DNA of 64,000 nt from Alphaproteobacteria bacterium (GTDB lineage Bacteria > Pseudomonadota > Alphaproteobacteria > UBA828), in NCBI GenBank assembly GCA_963667785.2, contig CAXXMU010000001.1:288001-352000 (forward strand), written 5' to 3'. The position numbers and the translations under genes were made by a program. The notes beneath the pieces were generated by a model. It searched no databases. It was not told where the DNA came from and saw nothing but the letters and a program-made list of their open reading frames with translations. Below, piece after piece: positions 8,277-19,510 of the stretch (position 1 is the first letter of the stretch; each line of letters opens with the position of its first letter).

Positions 8277-10168
8277 GGCGCGCTCTCGCCGCCGGGCAGG
8301 AGGGGCGCATCCTCCTCGCCGCGCACGTCCTCGTCGGCGAGCCGTTGCGCCAGCTCCTCGCGAAGCTCGGCGGTCTCCTGCTGGCGCCACCACATCTCGG
8401 CATAGCGGCCGTCGCGCACCAGGAGCTCCGCGTGGCGGCCGCGCTCGACGATGCGGCCTGCCTCCAGCACGAGGATCTGGTCGGCGTCGATGACGGTGGA
8501 GAGGCGGTGGGCGATCATCAGCGTGGAGCGGTCGCGGCTGACCTCCTTGAGGCTCGCCTGGATTTCCTTTTCGGTCTGCGAATCGAGGGCAGACGTTGCC
8601 TCGTCGAACAGCAGGATACGCGGATTCTTGAGGATGGTGCGCGCGATCGCGACCCGCTGCTTCTCGCCGCCCGAGAGCTTGAGGCCGCGCTCGCCGACCA
8701 GGCTCTCGTAGCCGTCGGGCAGCGTGGCGATGAAGTCGTGGATATGGGCGAGCCGCGCCGCTTCCTCAATCTCTTCCCTGCTCGCCTCGGGCCGGCCGTA
8801 GGCGATGTTGTAGTAGATCGTGTCGTTGAAGAGCACCGTGTCCTGGGGAACGATGCCGATGGCCGCGCGCAGGCTGTCCTGGCTGACCGTGCGCACGTCC
8901 TGGCCGTCGATCCTGACGTGGCCCGACTCGATGTCGTAGAAGCGGAAGAGGATGCGCGAGATGGTGGACTTGCCGGCGCCGCTCGCGCCGACGATGGCGG
9001 TGGTGGTGCCGGGCGCCACGCTGAACGAGATGCCGTCGAGGATGCCGCGCCGCTCCTCGTAGCGGAAGCGCACGTCGTCGAACTCGATGGCGCCGGCCGT
9101 CACCCGCAGCGGGGCGGCGTCCGGGGCATCCTCGATCTCGCGCTCCACCGACAGGATGCCGAACATCGACTCCATGTCGGTGAGCGACTGCTTGATCTCG
9201 CGATAGACGAAGCCGAGGAAGTTGAGCGGGATGTAGAGCTGCAGCAGGTAGGTGTTGACCAGCACGAAGTCGCCGATGGTCATGGTGCCGGCGGCGACCT
9301 CGTAGCCGGCCATGATGGTGATGCCGGTGAGCCCGGTGGCGATGATCACCCCCTGGCCGATGTTGAGCAGCGAGAGGCTGGTCTTGCTCTGCACCGCCGC
9401 TCGTTCGTATTGCCGGCGCGAGACGTCGAAGCGCTGCGCCTCGTGCATCTCGTTGCCGAAGTACTTGACCGTCTCGTAGTTGAGCAGGCTGTCGATGGCC
9501 TTGGTGTTCGCCTCGCTGTCCTTCTCGTTCATGCGCCGGCGGTACTTCAGCCGCCACTCGGTGACCGTCAGCGTGAAGGCGATGAAGGAACCGATGGTGA
9601 CGAAGGTTATCGCCGCGTAGGCGATGCCGTAGAGGAACCAGAGGATGCCGCAGACCATGGTGACCTCCACCAGGGTCGGCAGGATGTTGAACAGCATGAA
9701 GGTGAGCAGGAACTCGATCCCCTTGATGCCGCGCTCGATGGCGCGGCTGAGGCCCCCGGTGCGCCGCTCGATGTGGAAGCGGAGCGAGAGCCGGTGCAGG
9801 TGGTTGAAGACCTGCAGCGCCACGGTGCGGATCGCGCGCTCGCCCACCTTGGCGAAGACCGCGTCCCTGAGCTCGCCGAAGGCGACGGTGAGCACCCTGA
9901 GCGCGCCATAGGCGAGCAGGATCGCCACCGGCACCACGATGACCGCCGCGGTGTCATCCGAGAGGATGTCGACCGCATCCTTGTAGAGGATCGGCACATA
10001 GACGTTCGCCACCTTGGCGCCGACGAGGAGGAGCACCGCGAGCGCGACCCGGCCGCGCATCTCCAGCGAGCCGCGCGGCCAGAGATAGGGCAGCAGCGTG
10101 CGGATGGTGTGCAGGTGCGAGCGTTCCCCCGCATCCCGCACGCGGGCCTCGCGATCGAGAGAAACCAT
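8273..10168 (-). CDS. ABCB/Atm1-family ABC exporter (fused TMD-NBD)
   Basis: DSLLNYETVKYF, PLNFLGFVYREI, Walker A GASGAGKST, LSGGEKQR and DEATSALD. Confidence 0.93.
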   Translation of the reverse strand: MVSLDREARVRDAGERSHLHTIRTLLPYLWPRGSLEMRGRVALAVLLLVGAKVANVYVPILYKDAVDILSDDTAAVIVVPVAILLAYGALRVLTVAFGELRDAVFAKVGERAIRTVALQVFNHLHRLSLRFHIERRTGGLSRAIERGIKGIEFLLTFMLFNILPTLVEVTMVCGILWFLYGIAYAAITFVTIGSFIAFTLTVTEWRLKYRRRMNEKDSEANTKAIDSLLNYETVKYFGNEMHEAQRFDVSRRQYERAAVQSKTSLSLLNIGQGVIIATGLTGITIMAGYEVAAGTMTIGDFVLVNTYLLQLYIPLNFLGFVYREIKQSLTDMESMFGILSVEREIEDAPDAAPLRVTAGAIEFDDVRFRYEERRGILDGISFSVAPGTTTAIVGASGAGKSTISRILFRFYDIESGHVRIDGQDVRTVSQDSLRAAIGIVPQDTVLFNDTIYYNIAYGRPEASREEIEEAARLAHIHDFIATLPDGYESLVGERGLKLSGGEKQRVAIARTILKNPRILLFDEATSALDSQTEKEIQASLKEVSRDRSTLMIAHRLSTVIDADQILVLEAGRIVERGRHAELLVRDGRYAEMWWRQQETAELREELAQRLADEDVRGEEDAPLLPGGESAP

Positions 10169-10290
10169 GGGGCCGTGAGTCCGGTGGCTCGCCCCGCCGC
10201 CGGCGGGGCTCAGGGCGCGTCAGGCGCGTGTGTCACATAAGCACGATGCGGCGGCGGATCAAATGCCGCCGCCCGTTCGCCTGGCGCCGA

Positions 10291-12435
<2,145 letters not shown>

Positions 12436-12439
12436 GCGC

Positions 12440-13081
12440 TCACGCTCCCTCGCCGGCGCCGATCGCGTCCAGTCCCCAGGGGGTCCAGCCGTCCGCGCGG
12501 TCGCGCGCGAACAGCTCGATCCGGCGCGCGTCCGGGAACATCGCCTCGATGCGGTGGCGCACCTCGTCGGGCTTCCGCGAATGATTGCCGCGCTTCTCGC
12601 TCACGAGCTGGCGGACGTTGCGGGCGCCGCGCGGCGCCGGAATCCGCCCGTGCTTGAAGACGAGGCAGAGCTCGCACTGGCTGAGCGTATAGAAGCCAGG
12701 GTTGACGCGCTGCTTGTCCCAGACGAAGGCGACCGTGGCCCAGGCGAAGCCCCAGTGCTTGCCGAGCGCGATCGCCTGGTCGAGATGCGGGCTCGACGAC
12801 CACATGAAGAGCAGGCTGTCGCGCGCCCGGATGCGGGGGATGTCGAGCCCGGCGAGCGCCTCCAGCGTCACGGTGGGGTAGTGGCGCGCGGCCCCGCCGG
12901 TGTCCCCGCTGCCGGGCCCGGCGTGCTGAAGCTGCCCGCGATAGTCCCAGGGGGGATCGGCATAGATGATCTCGAACTGCGCCTTCGGCAGGGCGGGGAA
13001 TGCCGCCGCCTCGGCTGGCTGCGGAGTCCGCCGCTGCGCCGGCAGGGTAACGGGGGCCGCCCCCGGAAAGTGCCCGTCCAT
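12440..13081 (-). CDS. MT-A70 family N6-adenine methyltransferase
   Basis: IIYADPPW catalytic motif, LFMW, FVWDK, ELCL...G, HSRKP and RIELFAR...GW..WG. Start uncertain (13081 or 13102). Confidence 0.88.
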   Translation of the reverse strand: MDGHFPGAAPVTLPAQRRTPQPAEAAAFPALPKAQFEIIYADPPWDYRGQLQHAGPGSGDTGGAARHYPTVTLEALAGLDIPRIRARDSLLFMWSSSPHLDQAIALGKHWGFAWATVAFVWDKQRVNPGFYTLSQCELCLVFKHGRIPAPRGARNVRQLVSEKRGNHSRKPDEVRHRIEAMFPDARRIELFARDRADGWTPWGLDAIGAGEGA

Positions 13082-13220
13082 CGTCTCGCGCCCTTGCGCC
13101 AAAGGTAGACGGCAGAGGCCGCCTGCCGCAAGGCGCGTGGCGCTGCCGCTCGCCGCGTCGATTGAAGGGCGGGCGGGCCTTCGGCATCATGCGCCGACGG
13201 CGCGCACGCGGAGGCGACCC

Positions 13221-14843
13221 ATGCACGCGACCATGATGGACTACCCGCTCACCCTCGCCCACTACCTGGAGCGGGCGGGCACGCTGCTCGGCGATCGCGA
13301 GATCGTCACCCGCCTGCCGGACAGGTCGGTGCACCGCTACCGCTTCGGCGATTTCCACCGCCGCGCGCGGCAGCTCGCCTCGGCGCTGGCCCGCGCGGGG
13401 CTGAAGCGGGGCGAGCCGGTGGCCACCATGAAGTGGAACAACTATCCGCATCAGGAGGCCTATTTCGGCGTGGCCTGCGCCGGCGGCGTGCTGCATACCC
13501 TCAACTTCCGCCTTCACCCGAACGACATAGCCTACATCGCCAACCACGCCGGCGACCGCTTCGTGATCGTGGACGACGTGCTGCTCCCGCTCTTCGAGAA
13601 GGTCCGGCCGGAGATCGCGGCCGAGCGCGTGTTCGTGGTGGCGCTCTCGGGCGCGCCGGTGCCGGCGGGCTACGAGAGCTACGAGGACCTGCTCGGGACC
13701 GGCGACGCCGACGACGACCTGCCCCGGCCGGAGGAGGGCGATGCCTGCGGCGTCTGCTACACCTCGGGCACCACCGGCAGGCCCAAGGGCGTCGTCTACT
13801 CGCACCGCGCGATGGTGCTCCACACCATGGCGATGTGCATGACCGAGCCCTTCGGGCTGAGCCAGAACGACACGATCATGCCGGTGGTGCCGATGTTCCA
13901 CGCCAATGCCTGGGGCCTGCCCTACGGCGCCGTCGCGTCCGGCGCCCGCATCGTCCTGCCCGGCCCCCATCTCGACCCGGTGAGCCTGCTCGATCTCGCC
14001 GAGGCCGAGGGGGTCACGTTCGCCGCCGGCGTGCCGACGATCTGGAACGGAATCCTCCAGGCGCTCGACGCCGAGCCCGACCGCTGGTCGCTCGCTGCGG
14101 GGCTGCGGACCGCAGTCGGCGGCTCGGCTGCGAGCGAGGCGATGATCCGCGGCTTCGACCGCCACGGCGTCCGCACCATCCACGCCTGGGGCATGACCGA
14201 GACCACGCCGCTCGGCAGCGCCGCGGTCCTGAAGTCGTCCATGGAGGCGCTCGACGAGGACACGCGCTACGACTACCGGGCGAAGCAAGGTATCGCCATG
14301 CCCTTCGTCGACATGCGGCTGATGAACGACGCCGGCATGGTGCCCAGGGACGGCGAGACCATGGGCGAGCTGCAGGTGCGCGGGCCCTGGGTCGCCGCCG
14401 CCTATCACGAGTCGGACGAGCTCGCCGACAAGTGGACGGACGACGGCTGGCTGCGAACCGGCGACGTCGCCACCATCGACGCCGAAGGGTTCATGAAGAT
14501 CACCGACCGCACCAAGGACCTGATCAAGTCCGGCGGCGAGTGGATCAGCTCGGTCGATCTGGAGAACGCGCTCATGGGCCACGATGCCGTGAGCGAGGCT
14601 GCGGTCATCGCGGTCCGCCACGCGAAGTGGGAGGAGCGCCCGCTCGCCGTCGTCGTGCTGAAGGAAGGCGCACAGGCGGACGCGGATGCGCTGCAGGGCC
14701 ACCTCGCCGGCCGCTTCGCCAAGTGGTGGCTGCCGGACGACTATGTCTTCGTGGACGAGATCCCGCGCACGTCCACCGGCAAGTTCCTCAAGTCGGCGCT
14801 GCGCGAGCGCTACGAGGAGCGGCTGGTGGCCGGCGACGGCTGA
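13221..14843 (+). CDS. Medium/long-chain fatty acid-CoA ligase (AlkK/DmdB-like)
   Basis: YTSGTTGRPKG, PMFHANAWG, AWGMTE, GWLRTGD and DLIKSGGEWISS; GGAGG RBS. Confidence 0.93.
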   Translation: MHATMMDYPLTLAHYLERAGTLLGDREIVTRLPDRSVHRYRFGDFHRRARQLASALARAGLKRGEPVATMKWNNYPHQEAYFGVACAGGVLHTLNFRLHPNDIAYIANHAGDRFVIVDDVLLPLFEKVRPEIAAERVFVVALSGAPVPAGYESYEDLLGTGDADDDLPRPEEGDACGVCYTSGTTGRPKGVVYSHRAMVLHTMAMCMTEPFGLSQNDTIMPVVPMFHANAWGLPYGAVASGARIVLPGPHLDPVSLLDLAEAEGVTFAAGVPTIWNGILQALDAEPDRWSLAAGLRTAVGGSAASEAMIRGFDRHGVRTIHAWGMTETTPLGSAAVLKSSMEALDEDTRYDYRAKQGIAMPFVDMRLMNDAGMVPRDGETMGELQVRGPWVAAAYHESDELADKWTDDGWLRTGDVATIDAEGFMKITDRTKDLIKSGGEWISSVDLENALMGHDAVSEAAVIAVRHAKWEERPLAVVVLKEGAQADADALQGHLAGRFAKWWLPDDYVFVDEIPRTSTGKFLKSALRERYEERLVAGDG

Positions 14844-16591
14844 GGTTTCGGCGGCACGCGCGCGCCTTCCCGGCGCGCTGCTGTCGCGGCCTCGTCCACC
14901 TGCAGGGGGTCGCCCCGGAAAACCACGCCGAAGAGGCGCGCCGCCTCGTCCGCCGTGTAGTAGCCCCGCATCACGTCCCGCAGCACCAGCGCCGGGTCGC
15001 GCTCGCTCGCATTCCCGTAGCCGCCGCCGCCCGGCGTGGAGACGCGCACCGTGTCGCCGGGGCGGAGCGCGATCTCCTGGTCCTTGGAGAGATGCGGCGG
15101 CCGGTAGGACGTGCCGTCGGCGCGGATCACGTCCACGGTGTTGACCCCGCCGGGCTCGCCGCCCTGGGCGCCGTTCGGCCCGGTGCGGCCGTGGTCCATC
15201 ACCATCGAGGCGTTGGCGGCGCCCCGCCGGAGCGTGCACGCGTAGGTGACGCCGAAGCCGCCGCGCCAGCGGCCGGCCCCGCCCGAGCCCTCGTGCAGGG
15301 AATACTCCTGGAAGAGCACCGGGTACTTCTGCTCCATCACCTCGATGGGCTGCGACTTGGAGATGCCGATGGTCGAGCAGCCGTTGGTGAGCCCGTCGCC
15401 CGCCGGCGAGCCGCCGTAGCCGCCGCCGGTGAAGAGGTACATCACGAAATCCCGCGCCCGCGCGGGGTCGGTTCCGCCCACGGCGAAGTTGCCGGAGGTG
15501 CCGGCGGGCGCGGCGAAGAGGCGCTCGGGGATCGCCTGGGCCAGCGCGTCGAACACGGCCTCGGCGATGCGCTGGCTCACCTCCGCCGCGCAGCCCGAGA
15601 CCGGACGCGGGTACTCGGCATGGAGGAAGGTGCCTCGGGGCTCTTCGATGTGCAGCGGCTCGAACATGCCGGCGTTGATCGGCACGTCGGGGAAGACGTG
15701 GCGGATCGCGAGATAGATCGAGGACTTGGTGGTCGCCGCCACGCTGTTCATGGGGCCGGCGCAGGGCGGGCTCGAGCGCGCCATGTCGAAGTGGAGCTCG
15801 GTCCCCGCCACGCGCACCCGCATGTCGATGGTGAGCGGCTCGTTCACCACGCCGTCGGAATCGACCTGGGCGTGGCCGCGATAGGTGCCGTCGGGGATGG
15901 TCGCGATCTTGGCCCGCATCTGCTGCGCCGCGCGCCGGCGCATCTCGGCGATCACGTCCTCGACGAGCGCCGCGCCGTACTTGTCGAGCAGGGCCGTCAT
16001 CCGCCGCGCGCCCACCAGCAGCGCCGACGACTGGGCCTCGATGTCGCCGATGCGCTGCTCCGGCACGCGGATGTTGGAGAGGATGATGGAGAGGAGCTCC
16101 TCGTCGATCCTCCCCTCCTTGTAGAGCTTGACCGGCGGGAAGCGCAGGCCCTCCTGCACCACCTCGGTGGCGCGCGCCGAGAACCCGCCCGGCACCATGC
16201 CGCCGGTGTCCGGCCAGTGGCCTGTGTTGGAGAGCCAGGCGAAGTGCGCGCCCCGGTAGAAGAAGGGCATGGCGAAGCGCACGTCCATCAGGTGGGTGCC
16301 GCCGAGATAGGGGTCGTTGACGGCGAAGATGTCGCCCTCGCGCACGGTGGGCTTCGTGGCGATCAGATGCTCGGTCGAGAACTGCATCGTGCCGACGAAG
16401 ACCGGCAGCCCCAGCTCGCCCTGCGCGATGAGCTTGCCGTCCTCCTTCGCGTAGATGCCGTCCGAGCGGTCGAGTCCCTCGGAGATGACCGGGCTGAAGG
16501 CGGAGCGCACGAAGGCGAGGTCCATCTCGTTGCAGACCTGCTGCAGGCCGCTCTGCACCACGCCGAGGGTGATGGGATCGAGGCTGCTCAC
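14810..16591 (-). CDS. Hydantoinase B / 5-oxoprolinase family subunit
   Basis: LDPITL, RSAFSPVISE, NDPYLGGTHLMD, HWPDTGG.VPG, GGAGRWRGG and TPGGGGYG. GTG start overlaps the upstream stop (GTGA). Confidence 0.92.
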   Translation of the reverse strand: MSSLDPITLGVVQSGLQQVCNEMDLAFVRSAFSPVISEGLDRSDGIYAKEDGKLIAQGELGLPVFVGTMQFSTEHLIATKPTVREGDIFAVNDPYLGGTHLMDVRFAMPFFYRGAHFAWLSNTGHWPDTGGMVPGGFSARATEVVQEGLRFPPVKLYKEGRIDEELLSIILSNIRVPEQRIGDIEAQSSALLVGARRMTALLDKYGAALVEDVIAEMRRRAAQQMRAKIATIPDGTYRGHAQVDSDGVVNEPLTIDMRVRVAGTELHFDMARSSPPCAGPMNSVAATTKSSIYLAIRHVFPDVPINAGMFEPLHIEEPRGTFLHAEYPRPVSGCAAEVSQRIAEAVFDALAQAIPERLFAAPAGTSGNFAVGGTDPARARDFVMYLFTGGGYGGSPAGDGLTNGCSTIGISKSQPIEVMEQKYPVLFQEYSLHEGSGGAGRWRGGFGVTYACTLRRGAANASMVMDHGRTGPNGAQGGEPGGVNTVDVIRADGTSYRPPHLSKDQEIALRPGDTVRVSTPGGGGYGNASERDPALVLRDVMRGYYTADEAARLFGVVFRGDPLQVDEAATAARREGARVPPKPQPSPATSRSS

Positions 16592-18627
16592 GGGCCGATC
16601 TCCACGATCAGGTTGCCGATGGCATCGAGGGATGCCCGGTTGCCCGGCTCGACGACGCTGGTGCAGTCGGTCTGCTGGATGATCGCCGGACCCTCGAAGC
16701 CGGCGCCGGCAGGGAGCCGCTCGCGGTCGTAGACCGGCGTCTCCTGCCAGCCGGCGGGGAACCAGACGCGGCGGGAGCCGACCACCGCCTCGCCCAGGGT
16801 CGCGGCCTGGCGCGCGCCCGCGAGCGCCGCGAGCGGCACCGCGGGCCGGGCGCCGATCACGGCGGTGTGGAGGTTGACGAGCACCGGGCGGATCGTGTCG
16901 AGCGCGACGGCGAAGCGCTCCCAGTATGCCGCCTCGAAGGCCTGCTGCAGCGCCTCGCGCGTCGCGTCGGGTCGCTCCACGGGCACCGTCAGCAGGTGGG
17001 TCTGCCCCTCGAACTGCATGTCGGCGCTGTGGTGGCAGGCGATGGCGCCGACCGCGACGCCCTCGTCCGCGATGGCTGCGCGCCCCTGCGCCGCCTGGCG
17101 TTCGAGGATCGCGCGCACGCCCGCCACGTCGACGTCCGCCAGCGGCGCGTTCACCGTGTTCACGAAGTCGTGGCGGATGTCGGCGGTGATGCAGCCGACG
17201 GCGCTGGTGATCCCCGGCCGGGCCGGGATCATCACGCGCGGGATGCCGAGCTCGGCAGCAAGCGCTGCGGCGTGCATGGGGCCGGCGCCGCCGAAGGCGA
17301 ACAGCACGAAGTCGCGCGGGTCGTGGCCGCGCGCGAGCGTCGCCATGCGGATCGCGCCGGCCATGCGGTCGTTGGCGATGCGGATCACCGCGGCCGCAGC
17401 ACCCTCGGCATCGAGGCCGAGCGGGCCGCCGACGGTCTCCGCGAACACGGCCCGCACGGCGCCCGCCGCGACCGGGGAGTCCACCGCCAGCAGCGAGTCC
17501 GGATCGAGCCGGCCGAGGATCAGGTTGGCGTCGGTGAGCGTCGGCCGCGCGCCGCCCCGGCCGTAGCAGATCGGCCCCGGCTGGGCGCCGGCGCTCTCCG
17601 GCCCCACCTGGAGCAGGCCGGCCTCGTCGATCCGCGCGATGCTGCCGCCGCCGGCGCCGACCGTGTGCACGTCCACCATGGGGACGTGGATCGGCATGCC
17701 GTGCTCCAGCTCCATCTCGGCCGTGACCGCCGGCACGCCCTCCAGCACAAGGCCCACGTCGGCGCTGGTGCCGCCGGTGTCGAAGGTGATCAGGTCGCGG
17801 CACCCGGCGGCGCGGCCGATGGCGGCGGCGGCCATGACGCCCGAGGCGGGGCCGGAGAGCACGGTGTTGACGGCCTTCGCCGCGGCCGAGCGGGCGGAGA
17901 CGCTGCCGCCGTTGCCCTGGATCACCAGCAGCTCGCGCCCGTAGCCGCGCGCGCCCAGCTCGCTCTCGAGCTGGTCGAGATAGCGGTGCAGCAGCGGCTG
18001 GACGCAGGCGTTCACCGCCGCGGCGACGCCGCGCTCGTACTCGCGGAACTCGGAGAGGATCGCGTGGCCGGCGGTGACGTGGCCGCCGGGCCAGCACTCG
18101 CGGGCGATGGCGAGCGCGCGCTCCTCGTGCCGGGGGTTCTTGTAGCTGTGCAGGAAGTGGATCACCAGCGAATCGCAGCCGGCGGCCTCCAGCGTCGTCA
18201 GCGCGGCGCGCACCGCGTCCTCGTCCAGCGGCACCAGCACCTCACCGGCGGCGTCCATGCGCTCCGGCACCTCGATGCGCAGCTCGCGCGGGATCAACGG
18301 CGTGAAGCTGCCGATGAGTCCGTAGGCGTGGGGCCGCGTGCGCCGGCCGAGCTCGAGGATGTCGCGGAAGCCCTGCGTCGTGATCAGGCCGCAGCGGCTG
18401 AGCTTGCGCTCGAGCAGCGCGTTGGTGGTGACCGTGGTGCCGTGAACGATGGCGGCGATGTCGGCGAAGGAGGCGGCGGCCCGGTCGAGCGCCGCGAGCA
18501 CGCCCGCTGCCTGGTTCGCCGGCGTCGACGGCACCTTGGCCAGGCGCACGGCGCCGGTCTCGGGCTCCACGAGGATGAGATCGGTGAAGGTTCCGCCGAC
18601 ATCCACGCCGACGACCGCGCCGCTCAT
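16588..18627 (-). CDS. Hydantoinase A / 5-oxoprolinase family ATP-binding subunit
   Basis: GVDVGGTFTD, HGTTVTTNA, SGPASG, DTGGTSAD, GAGGGSIA and FGGAGPMHA. Confidence 0.93.
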   Translation of the reverse strand: MSGAVVGVDVGGTFTDLILVEPETGAVRLAKVPSTPANQAAGVLAALDRAAASFADIAAIVHGTTVTTNALLERKLSRCGLITTQGFRDILELGRRTRPHAYGLIGSFTPLIPRELRIEVPERMDAAGEVLVPLDEDAVRAALTTLEAAGCDSLVIHFLHSYKNPRHEERALAIARECWPGGHVTAGHAILSEFREYERGVAAAVNACVQPLLHRYLDQLESELGARGYGRELLVIQGNGGSVSARSAAAKAVNTVLSGPASGVMAAAAIGRAAGCRDLITFDTGGTSADVGLVLEGVPAVTAEMELEHGMPIHVPMVDVHTVGAGGGSIARIDEAGLLQVGPESAGAQPGPICYGRGGARPTLTDANLILGRLDPDSLLAVDSPVAAGAVRAVFAETVGGPLGLDAEGAAAAVIRIANDRMAGAIRMATLARGHDPRDFVLFAFGGAGPMHAAALAAELGIPRVMIPARPGITSAVGCITADIRHDFVNTVNAPLADVDVAGVRAILERQAAQGRAAIADEGVAVGAIACHHSADMQFEGQTHLLTVPVERPDATREALQQAFEAAYWERFAVALDTIRPVLVNLHTAVIGARPAVPLAALAGARQAATLGEAVVGSRRVWFPAGWQETPVYDRERLPAGAGFEGPAIIQQTDCTSVVEPGNRASLDAIGNLIVEIGP

Positions 18628-18634
18628 GAAACGC

Positions 18635-19510
18635 TCATGCGGCGACGGAGGCGCGGCCTGCGCCACCGGCGTCCGCCGGCGCGAGCGCGCGGGTCTCGCC
18701 CTGGAGCGCGAGGCGGGCCGTCTCGATGAGGCCGGCGCGCTGCATCGCCCGCGCCTCCGCAAGCCCGGCATCCAGCGCCGCCGCTACGGCATGGGCGGGG
18801 AGCGGTCCCACCGCGACAATAACCAGTTGCATGCCCAGGTCGCTGTCCTCGCGAAGCGACACGGCCGGCGCGCGCTCGATGGCCGGATGGTCGAGCGTGA
18901 TCGCGTTGGCGATCAGCGTCGCCGCGGCGTCCGCCGCAGCCGCCGTCCGCGCCAGCACCGTGACCGCATCGGCGATGCCGAGCGAGAGCGAGCGCCCGCG
19001 CCAGCCCGACGTCGCCATGCCCCGTGCGGGTGCGTCCGCGCCGAGAGTGATCCGCCCGTCGAGTCCCGGCCGGTCGGGGTCGTTCACCACGCCCGCGGCG
19101 AGCGCGGTTCCAGCCGTGAGATGCACGGCGATGTCGCCGCCGTTGTTGGCGTAGGCGCGCGAAAGGCGGCGCCCAGCCGTCATGGCGGCCAGCACCTCGT
19201 CGGCGACGGCGCCGGCGACTGCCGCCATGGGCGTGACGAAGCGCGCCCGATGGGGCCAGCAGGCGTCCACCATGCGCCGCGCCACCGGGCCGCGCGGTGC
19301 AGGCCGCGTCTCGCCGAGGGGGCGGCGCAGCAGGGCGAGCTCGGCCACCAGGTCGCCCAGGATCGCGGCGAAGCATTCGCCCGCCTGGCGGTAGGCGGCG
19401 CCCACCTCCGCCGCCTCACCGAAGGCCTCGGCCACGATGTCGATCGGCCCGTGCTGCAGGTGCAGCCTGCGGCCGTCGCCCAGCATCGCGATGCGGGCCG
19501 TGCCGCTCAT
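18635..19510 (-). CDS. UPF0280 family protein (ApbE-like)
   Basis: RLHLQHGPID, TPMAAVAGAVAD, NNGGDIA, ATSGWRGRSLSLGIADAV and ADAAAT. Confidence 0.87.
   Translation of the reverse strand: MSGTARIAMLGDGRRLHLQHGPIDIVAEAFGEAAEVGAAYRQAGECFAAILGDLVAELALLRRPLGETRPAPRGPVARRMVDACWPHRARFVTPMAAVAGAVADEVLAAMTAGRRLSRAYANNGGDIAVHLTAGTALAAGVVNDPDRPGLDGRITLGADAPARGMATSGWRGRSLSLGIADAVTVLARTAAAADAAATLIANAITLDHPAIERAPAVSLREDSDLGMQLVIVAVGPLPAHAVAAALDAGLAEARAMQRAGLIETARLALQGETRALAPADAGGAGRASVAA

Noticed and set aside
14810-14843. 34-nt convergent overlap of the CoA ligase and hydantoinase B 3' ends
   Set aside because: Short tail-to-tail overlaps are common in GC-rich genomes, and both proteins look complete.
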